Origin: Gemmatimonadaceae bacterium
GTDB taxonomy: Bacteria; Gemmatimonadota; Gemmatimonadetes; Gemmatimonadales; Gemmatimonadaceae
Assembly: GCA_051859245.1 (NCBI GenBank)
Contig: JBHYGA010000005.1
Coordinates: 544,001-608,000, forward strand
Length of the DNA stretch: 64,000 nt
Reading direction: 5' to 3'
In this document: in pieces, positions 56,963-64,000 of the stretch
How positions within the stretch are numbered: position 1 is the first letter of the stretch
Layout: each line of letters begins with the position of its first letter
Notes under the pieces: model-generated
Seen by the model: only the letters and a program-made list of their open reading frames with translations
The model's database searches: none
What the model was told of the DNA's origin: nothing
Translations under genes and position numbers: made by a program

Positions 56963-58585
56963 ATGCGCGCTCGCGCGATTATCGCGTCCCTGTTCTTTGG
57001 CACTGCGCTCGGCGTTGGCGGCTGGTGGCTCACCCAGCAGCCGAAGGAGGAGGTCGCCCTGGCGCCGCTTCCCTCGCCGGAAAATGGCGCGGTGCTCTTT
57101 GAGCAGGTGTATCGCTACATCGCCACACAGTATGTCGATTCTGTGCCGCTCGATTCGTTGTATCGCAAGGCGGTGGCCGGACTCGTCACTGAGCTGAACG
57201 ATCCGTACTCCGCGTTCCTGCCCGAAACACGCGCGCGTCGTCTGTCTGAACAGATGTCTGGCGCGTATGGCGGCGTGGGGGTGCAGTTGGATGTGCGCGA
57301 CGGCCGTGCGCTCGTGATTGAACCGGTGCCGGGTGCACCAGCGGAACGCGCCGGTGTGCAGGTGGGTGATCGCATCCTCGCGGTTGATGGTGAATCCACG
57401 GCCGGACTGCAGCGGGAAGAAGTGGCGCGCATGCTGCGAGGTGCGCCGGGTTCAAAAGTTGACGTCGAGCTTGAGCGGTTTGGAGAGCATCGTATATCGC
57501 TCACGCTCACGCGTCAGTCTGTGACGCTGCGCTCGGTTCCGCGCGTGGTGATGCTGCAGCAGGACGTTGGTTACCTGGATGTGAATTCCTTCAGTGCAAA
57601 CACCGCGGCCGAAGTCAGCCTGGCACTGGATTCACTCAAGCGTCTTGGCGCGCGTAGTGTGGTGCTCGACTTGCGCGGCAATCCCGGCGGCTTGCTCGAA
57701 CAGGGCGTGGCCGTGGCGGAGCTGTTTCTCGACCGGGACAAGCGCATCGTGGAGTTGCGTGGCCGACCCGGCACGGCGCCTGAGACCATGAACGATAGCG
57801 CGCCGCAGCCGTGGCCAACTGTTGCGGTCGCGGTGCTTGTCGATGGCAACAGCGCCAGCGCATCAGAGATCGTAGCCGGTGCGTTGCAGGATCACGATCG
57901 CGCGATTGTGGTTGGACGGACGTCGTACGGCAAGGGCAGCGCGCAGTCCGTGTTCCCCATGACCACAGGCGGATCACTGCGCATCACGACATCCCGCTGG
58001 TACACACCGCTCGGTCGCAGCATCTCGCAGCTTGCCGACTCGAGCGCGGGTGGTGAGAATGGTCCACGCGCCGACACCACACGTCCGCGTTTCACAACGC
58101 CCATGGGGCGAACCGTGTTTGGTGGCGGTGGCATCGTGCCTGACGTGATCGCCGGTGACTCAACGTTGCCCAATAACGTGCAGGCATTGGTGCGTGCACT
58201 TGGCCCGAACACCGTGCAGTATCGAAATGCCGTGTCGAATGTGGCGCTCAAGTTCAAGCAACGCGGTGCGCTCACGGCCCCGTTGCAACCCGTAACGCGC
58301 GACATGGTCGCGTCCGTGTGGGATGAGCTCGTGTCGCGTAACGTCAAAATTGAACGCGCGGTGTTCGATTCCGCTGCGCCATGGATCGCGCGCGCGCTGG
58401 GCTACGAGGTAGCACGCGTGACATTCGGCGCAGACGCGGAGTTTCTGCGTCGTGCACAGGATGACGCGGTGATCGCGCGTGCCGTGCGCTTGTTGAACGG
58501 TGTGTCATCACCGCGCGAACCATTTGCTCGCGCGGAAGATCCCAGCATTATTGTGCCCGCGCGTACACCAACGCTCGACGATTGA
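56963..58585 (+). CDS. S41-family C-terminal processing protease (CtpA/Prc-like)
   Basis: DPYS, PDZ GGVGVQL, LDLRGNPGG, SASASE, SYGKGSAQ, GGGIVPD. Confidence 0.92.
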   Translation: MRARAIIASLFFGTALGVGGWWLTQQPKEEVALAPLPSPENGAVLFEQVYRYIATQYVDSVPLDSLYRKAVAGLVTELNDPYSAFLPETRARRLSEQMSGAYGGVGVQLDVRDGRALVIEPVPGAPAERAGVQVGDRILAVDGESTAGLQREEVARMLRGAPGSKVDVELERFGEHRISLTLTRQSVTLRSVPRVVMLQQDVGYLDVNSFSANTAAEVSLALDSLKRLGARSVVLDLRGNPGGLLEQGVAVAELFLDRDKRIVELRGRPGTAPETMNDSAPQPWPTVAVAVLVDGNSASASEIVAGALQDHDRAIVVGRTSYGKGSAQSVFPMTTGGSLRITTSRWYTPLGRSISQLADSSAGGENGPRADTTRPRFTTPMGRTVFGGGGIVPDVIAGDSTLPNNVQALVRALGPNTVQYRNAVSNVALKFKQRGALTAPLQPVTRDMVASVWDELVSRNVKIERAVFDSAAPWIARALGYEVARVTFGADAEFLRRAQDDAVIARAVRLLNGVSSPREPFARAEDPSIIVPARTPTLDD

Positions 58586-58602
58586 TTGCTGGTTGTTCGT
58601 GA

Positions 58603-59358
58603 TCAGCGCGGCGGACGCACAACCTTCACGCCCTTGGGCACCGCAAAGGTGAATCCCTTCGCGTCTACGGCCACATTTTTCTGCCACGTGGTGAGTCGAA
58701 TGGTGCGCGCGACGCCCTGATCGTCGGTGATCGCGACTTCTCGCACGCTGGCATCGGCGTCATCGACCCAGATAGTAGCGCGAGGGAAGGGCACTTCCGC
58801 GCCGGGGCGCGCAACGAGCGTTACGCCACGTGCCGGACGGCCGCTCACGGCACGTGCACCGGCATCGGTGAGCGTGTACGATTCGCGCGGCGCCTCGAGC
58901 ACAGTGGCGGCAAGGTCAACACCACCCGTGCCACCTTCGCCCGCCGCCATGCGCATGACCTGACCGGGCGCTGAGCTTGGGATGTACACCCAGAGCGATT
59001 TACCGTCGGAGACAATGCGATCGCCCGCCGGATCCGTGAACGTCACGTTAATGCGACCCGGCTTGCGTTGCTGCAACGAGCCACGCGAGAGCAGCGTGCG
59101 GTTCGTGAGCGGATTCTTGATTTCCTGCACAAAATCGGCGCGTGCGGTGCGCACGGTGGCGTACTCGGCACGTGCGCGTGCAAGCACCGCCGCGGGATCT
59201 GCCCCCTGCGCGGCGACGGACTGTGCGGACGCGAGCACCGCAAAGCTGAGTACGGCCGCGCTGCGCGTAAGGGTGCGCGTGATCGTACGCGTGATCGCCG
59301 GCGTGATCGTGCGCGTGATCGAACGCGGACTCGTACGCGAACTCATGCGCGTGCTCAC
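58603..59358 (-). CDS. lolA: Outer-membrane lipoprotein carrier protein
   Basis: [32 protein letters not shown]. Confidence 0.85.
   Translation of the reverse strand: MSTRMSSRTSPRSITRTITPAITRTITRTLTRSAAVLSFAVLASAQSVAAQGADPAAVLARARAEYATVRTARADFVQEIKNPLTNRTLLSRGSLQQRKPGRINVTFTDPAGDRIVSDGKSLWVYIPSSAPGQVMRMAAGEGGTGGVDLAATVLEAPRESYTLTDAGARAVSGRPARGVTLVARPGAEVPFPRATIWVDDADASVREVAITDDQGVARTIRLTTWQKNVAVDAKGFTFAVPKGVKVVRPPR
59267..59350. repeat. Degenerate 12-bp tandem repeat (about 7 units, consensus GTGATCGTRCGC) in the lolA 5' end
   Basis: GTAAGGGTGCGC GTGATCGTACGC GTGATCGCCGGC GTGATCGTGCGC GTGATCGAACGC GGACTCGTACGC GAACTCATGCGC. Confidence 0.75.
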
Positions 59359-60407
59359 GCGACCGCCGCTGGTGCGAGATCCGGGGCCGTGGCAATGCTC
59401 CGACCAATGGCGGTGGCGATCGGACGCAACTGCTGAACAAGTGCGGCAAACTGCTCCGGATACAGCGACTGCGCGCCATCGGACAGCGCCTTATCGGGCT
59501 GCGGATGCACTTCGATGAGCACACCGTCGCTGCCCGCCGCAACCGCCGCACGCGCCATGGGGGTGACCTTGTCACGCAGTCCCGTACCATGACTCGGATC
59601 GGCAACGATTGGCAAGTGCGAGAGTTTCTGCACCACGGGAATGGCGGTGAGGTCGAACAGATTGCGTGTGGCCGAATCGAACGTGCGCACGCCGCGCTCG
59701 CACAAAATCACGTGGGGATTGCCCTCGGCGAGAATGTACTCCGCACTCAACAACAGATCGTTGATCGTGGCCGCCATGCCGCGCTTGAGCAACACGGGTT
59801 TGCCGATCTTGCCTACGTGCCGCAACAGCGAATAGTTCTGCATGTTGCGCGCGCCGATCTGAATGCAGTCGGCGTATTCGGCCACCAGATCTGCACCACG
59901 TTCGTCCATGGCTTCGGTGACAATTGCGAGCCCGGTTTCGCGACGCGCCAGTGCGAGCAGTTCGAGTCCCTGCTTGCCCATGCCCTGAAACGCGTACGGC
60001 GACGAGCGAGGCTTGAACGCACCACCACGCAGGGCCGACGCACCGCCGGCCTTGACCGCGTGCGCGGACGCCAGAATCTGCTCCTCGCTTTCTACGGAGC
60101 ACGGTCCGGCCACAATGGTGATTTCCGGTCCACCAAAACGCACACCGGGCGCGATCTCCACGATGGTGTTCTCCGGCTTCCACTCGCGCGAGACCTGGCG
60201 GTACGGCTTCTGCACAATGAGCACGCTGGCCACGCCAGGCAGCGCTTCGATGTAGGACCAATCCGCTTTGCTGTCATCGCCAAGCAGGCCGATTGCCATG
60301 CGAACAGCACCCGGCATCGGCAGCGGCTTGAAGCCCTGTCGCGTGATTTCTTCACACACACGATCGATTTCAGCCGCTGACGCGGCCGGCTGCATTACTA
60401 CCAGCAT
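59355..60407 (-). CDS. aroF: DAHP synthase, type I-beta with N-terminal regulatory domain
   Basis: [46 protein letters not shown]. Confidence 0.94.
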   Translation of the reverse strand: MLVVMQPAASAAEIDRVCEEITRQGFKPLPMPGAVRMAIGLLGDDSKADWSYIEALPGVASVLIVQKPYRQVSREWKPENTIVEIAPGVRFGGPEITIVAGPCSVESEEQILASAHAVKAGGASALRGGAFKPRSSPYAFQGMGKQGLELLALARRETGLAIVTEAMDERGADLVAEYADCIQIGARNMQNYSLLRHVGKIGKPVLLKRGMAATINDLLLSAEYILAEGNPHVILCERGVRTFDSATRNLFDLTAIPVVQKLSHLPIVADPSHGTGLRDKVTPMARAAVAAGSDGVLIEVHPQPDKALSDGAQSLYPEQFAALVQQLRPIATAIGRSIATAPDLAPAAVA

Positions 60408-60416
60408 GCGAACTCC

Positions 60417-61175
60417 TCAGAGATCAATGGACCACCCGTCTGTTGCCAGCACCACGGAACCGCCAAACTGCGCGGCCACCAAGGCTGTGATGTCGACCGC
60501 TTCAACGGGAGAATAAAAGTGAGATAACACCAGCAAACCAGGATGTGCGATCGCCGCCAGCTCGCCAGCTTGCGTTGGCGTGAGATGCGATGGGATGGCC
60601 ATCGCCTCTGGCAGCGAACACTCGGTGAGCAACACATCGCTCCCCGCGGCCCATTCGCCGAGTGAGGCGTCGAAGCCTGTGTCGCCCGTATACACAATGC
60701 GCCGCGTTCCCTCAGTGATCGAATATGCCACGCTCTGAGGGGTGTGCGGCACCTTTCGCGAGGAGAGGCGCAGCTCGGTCCCGATCGGCAGTGCGTCCTC
60801 CCCCTCCAACTCGATCACCTCTAACAGGTACCCCGGAGCGTGCAGCCAGGTGCCGAACACGAGCGCCAGCCGGTCCATGAGGTCCCGCATGCCAGGGGGC
60901 CCGATCACCTGCAGCGGCTCGCTGCGCGGTGGCAGCTGCCCGTACTTGAACGCGTAGCACAGCATCGCCAGATCGGCAATGTGGTCACCGTGAAAGTGCG
61001 TGATGGCCACGTGGGAGATACGCGTCCACGGCAGCGCGAGCGCGGCCAGACGATGCACCACGCCGCTGCCGCAGTCGAGCAGCAGTACCGCGTCGGGTGA
61101 CTCGATCAGGTGCCCCGCGCACACGCGTGTTGGATGCGGCGCCACCGTACCGGTTCCAACGGTGGTCAGGCGCAT
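60417..61175 (-). CDS. RNase Z-like MBL-fold hydrolase
   Basis: VGTG, LLDCGSG, THFHGDH, YTGDT, SHL, LSHF. Confidence 0.82.
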   Translation of the reverse strand: MRLTTVGTGTVAPHPTRVCAGHLIESPDAVLLLDCGSGVVHRLAALALPWTRISHVAITHFHGDHIADLAMLCYAFKYGQLPPRSEPLQVIGPPGMRDLMDRLALVFGTWLHAPGYLLEVIELEGEDALPIGTELRLSSRKVPHTPQSVAYSITEGTRRIVYTGDTGFDASLGEWAAGSDVLLTECSLPEAMAIPSHLTPTQAGELAAIAHPGLLVLSHFYSPVEAVDITALVAAQFGGSVVLATDGWSIDL

Positions 61176-62245
61176 CAGCGACCGCGAAAGAGAATGCGGC
61201 GCACGATCGGCGCGCTGCCGTTGGCCCGGAATCGCGCCAGATACACACCTGGCGGCACAGGACGGCCGTCACTCGCCGTGCCGTCCCAGATGAATCGGTT
61301 GTCGCAGTTGCTGCCAGTGCCGGGCGCGCCGCGGCCGTACCGTCCGGCCGGGAAGAGCTCCTGGCCATCAGGCGCCGGCACGATCTTGCGGACGGGCGTG
61401 CCGCGCAGATCGAGAATCTCGAGCGAAATGCGCGCGCCAGGCTCACCCACATCAAACCAGAAACACGTAGAGAATGACGCCGCGTTGGGAAACGGATTGG
61501 GAAAGTTCTGGTAGATCAACGTGGACGTGGGCAGCGGCGGATCGATAATCACAAACGATCCAGGGCTGTTCACGGTGACGCGTTCCGTTAATCCGACCAA
61601 ACGTGCGTCGAGACGCCAGCGGTACGACGTGTTCGCCTGCAGTGGCGAGGGAAGTCGCAGCAACGTGTCGGTGAGATTCGACGCACCAAACACCACCACA
61701 CCATTCGACAGCACCTCGAGGTCGTAACGCCACGGGCCCGGGCCGGTGTCTACGCGCGGCGATCGCCAGCGAAACAGTGGTTGGCGCGTGTCCACGATAT
61801 CACCCTGTGGCGATGCGGGATCCACCATGGTCACCCACGGCGGTACCACACGCGGTCCGGTAATATCAGAAATTGCGGCCTGCGTTCCGCCTTCCACCAA
61901 CGCGCGCCAGTACACCGTCGCATTGCTCGGCAACGCACGCTTGATCTGCAGCGTGTGCGCGGTGTCGGTCACGAGCAGTGTCGTATCCACCAGAAACGGT
62001 GGCAGCACACCAAAGTTTTCGCTCACGCGCATGGTGATGCGAAGCGGACGTGCCGGGCCAAAGCCAAACGCTCGCACGGTGAAACGCGGTGACACGCTGG
62101 AAAGCACAATGTCTTCCGACGTTTCCACCACCACACGCGGCTGCGCCCGCAATGGTGAGGTGAGCAGCGGACAGAGCAGAAGCGCGGCCGAGGTGATGCC
62201 GAGCATCACCCCGAACGCGCGCCGCTGTCTACCACGTGGTATCAC
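61175..62245 (-). CDS. Secreted beta-sandwich protein with C-terminal FlgD-Ig / PNPF-type domain
   Basis: Signal peptide, two FnIII-like repeats (YWRA, YRWRL), YQNFPNPF...WDGTASDGRPVPPGVY. Confidence 0.7.
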   Translation of the reverse strand: MIPRGRQRRAFGVMLGITSAALLLCPLLTSPLRAQPRVVVETSEDIVLSSVSPRFTVRAFGFGPARPLRITMRVSENFGVLPPFLVDTTLLVTDTAHTLQIKRALPSNATVYWRALVEGGTQAAISDITGPRVVPPWVTMVDPASPQGDIVDTRQPLFRWRSPRVDTGPGPWRYDLEVLSNGVVVFGASNLTDTLLRLPSPLQANTSYRWRLDARLVGLTERVTVNSPGSFVIIDPPLPTSTLIYQNFPNPFPNAASFSTCFWFDVGEPGARISLEILDLRGTPVRKIVPAPDGQELFPAGRYGRGAPGTGSNCDNRFIWDGTASDGRPVPPGVYLARFRANGSAPIVRRILFRGR

Positions 62246-64000
62246 GCGGGTTCGGAGTCGGACTCATCCGCGTCGAGGTCCGGCACAGTGGCGCCGTTGT
62301 CGTTCACCGCGGGTCCGCGCATGCGCACACTCACGATGGATGACACGCCGGGCTCCTGCATCGTGACGCCGTACACGGCATCCGCCGCTTCCGTCGTGGT
62401 GCGTGGATTGTGCGTGATCACGATGAACTGTGTGCGCGCCTTGAACTGGTTCAGCATGCGCACGAAACGACCAATGTTCTGATCGTCGAGCGGCGCGTCC
62501 ACTTCGTCAAGCAAGCAGAACGGACTCGGCTTGGTGAGGAAGATGCCGAAGAGCAGCGACAATGCCACCAGCGCGCGTTCTCCGCTCGACAACAGGTGAA
62601 TGCGTTGCGTGCGCTTGCCGCGCGGTGACGCGTGGATTTCAATGTCGCAGTCAAGCGGCGCGTCCGGATTCTCCAGTCGCAGATCGCACTCGCCACCGCC
62701 GAACAACGTGAGAAAAATCTGGCGGAAGTTTTCGCGCACCTGTCCAAACGTGACGAGGAACAGCTCACGCGCCGTGCTGTCGATTTCGCGAATGGCCTGA
62801 TGCAGCGACTGCTTGGCGGACACCAGATCGTTGCGCTGTCCGGTCAGGAACTCAAGGCGACGCTGTTCTTCTTCGTGTTCTTCAATAGCGAGCGGATTCA
62901 CCGCACCGAGCGCGTCGAGCGCATCACGCAACTCGGTGGCTTCACCGCGCAGCGTGTCGGTCTCAACGTCGAGTTCTTCGGCTTCGGCAAGCAGTTCGTC
63001 GAGCGGTCGGCGCCATTCGGTTTCCAGGCGCTGACGAATGGCTTCGCGGCGGCCAGACAAATCGGTGTGACGCAGTTCGGCGTGATGCAACGCTTCACCC
63101 ACGCTCGTATGCGCACGATGCGCTTCGTCGAGCGTGCGTTCGGCGGCATCCAGCAGCTCCGATGTGGCACGTACGGACTGCTCCGACTGTGCGAGGCGCT
63201 CATCCACATCGCGCAACGCGGAACGCTGCGACTCGAGCTCGATCTGCCAGTGCCCGAGCTGTTCGGCGAGCGCCTGATCGGCTTCGGCGAGGGTACTCAG
63301 CTCCACCGCGAGCGCCGCAAGTCGCGCCGCCGCCGTGGCATCTTCTTCGTGCAACCGACGCTCGCGGTCCTGCGCGACGGACAGTCGCGCCTGCGCCTGC
63401 GCCTGCGTGACCTGCCACACCGAACGCGCTTCGCGCGCCTCTTCCAAACCCGATTCCGTCTCTGCGAGCACGCCACGGGCTTCGCTGATCGCGCTGTCCG
63501 CTTCGCCGGCACGCGTTTCAAGCGCGTCGAGCTGTTCGCCGAGTTGCTGCGCGCGCGTGGACAGTTCGGTGGCCCGAGCGGTCAACCGTTCCGCCAGCAA
63601 CGTGGACTGCTGCACTTCGCGCGTCACACGCTCAACGCGACGTTCCACTTCCCGCACCGTTTCTTCGGCGCGTCGCACTTCCTGCTGCGAGCGCGCACTG
63701 ACCTCGCTGGCCTGATGCTGTGCGCGGTCGGCATCCACAAGCGCCATACGCGCGGCCTCAGAGGCCGCCTGCGCGCCTTCGCGCTCATTGGCAGCCTGCT
63801 CCAGCTTCTCACGCAGTTTGGTCAGCTCAGCGCGACGCTGAAGCGGTCCCGGACCAACACTCGTACCGGGCAGCAGCATTGCACCACGCGCATCAATGAA
63901 CGCTTCGCCATTGTCGAGCGTTTGCACGCGTCCAAGCAACGCGCGCACCCACGCCTCCGCCGGACCCGACGACTGCACCGCGGCCGCGAGATCATTGCCA
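62242..64000 (-). CDS. smc: Chromosome segregation protein SMC, C-terminal part (5' end outside the window)
   Basis: Long coiled coil, LGAVNPLAIEE, signature LSSGERAL, Walker B PFCLLDEVDAPLD, QFIVITH. Confidence 0.95.
   Translation of the reverse strand, partial: GNDLAAAVQSSGPAEAWVRALLGRVQTLDNGEAFIDARGAMLLPGTSVGPGPLQRRAELTKLREKLEQAANEREGAQAASEAARMALVDADRAQHQASEVSARSQQEVRRAEETVREVERRVERVTREVQQSTLLAERLTARATELSTRAQQLGEQLDALETRAGEADSAISEARGVLAETESGLEEAREARSVWQVTQAQAQARLSVAQDRERRLHEEDATAAARLAALAVELSTLAEADQALAEQLGHWQIELESQRSALRDVDERLAQSEQSVRATSELLDAAERTLDEAHRAHTSVGEALHHAELRHTDLSGRREAIRQRLETEWRRPLDELLAEAEELDVETDTLRGEATELRDALDALGAVNPLAIEEHEEEQRRLEFLTGQRNDLVSAKQSLHQAIREIDSTARELFLVTFGQVRENFRQIFLTLFGGGECDLRLENPDAPLDCDIEIHASPRGKRTQRIHLLSSGERALVALSLLFGIFLTKPSPFCLLDEVDAPLDDQNIGRFVRMLNQFKARTQFIVITHNPRTTTEAADAVYGVTMQEPGVSSIVSVRMRGPAVNDNGATVPDLDADESDSEPA

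Overview
GC-rich bacterial chromosomal window, densely coding and mostly housekeeping, envelope and signalling genes. The gene content suggests Gemmatimonadota (inference: a Bacteroidota-type short RpoD, a PNPF-type C-terminal domain protein, a large NtrY-like kinase). Order: a TolC-MFP-ATPase-4x permease MacAB-type operon, a large histidine kinase, a pseudokinase-kinase protein, SSADH, a diguanylate cyclase, DUF485-actP, VKOR/thioredoxin/ubiE/FKBP, PPTase, MFS, ThrE, CsoR, comM/yifB, an Xre-RES toxin-antitoxin pair, an NtrX-like regulator, an aldehyde dehydrogenase, lepB-sigma-yajQ-rimO-hemL-spoIID, hydantoinase A/UDG/hydantoinase B, dps, yigZ, MBL-Crp, prfA-prmC-ylbF-tmk-ctpA and lolA-aroF-rnz-hypothetical-smc. 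I found no tRNA, rRNA, CRISPR array, integrase or transposase. Most notable observations: (1) a uracil-DNA-glycosylase-family gene translationally coupled between the two hydantoinase/oxoprolinase subunit genes; (2) a perfect 55-bp inverted-repeat element upstream of comM; (3) a sigma-54 promoter of the diguanylate cyclase overlapped by a CRP-like box resembling one upstream of the Crp gene, suggesting a cAMP to c-di-GMP link; (4) a tandem pseudokinase-kinase. All protein calls come from motif recognition by eye; no database searches were run.
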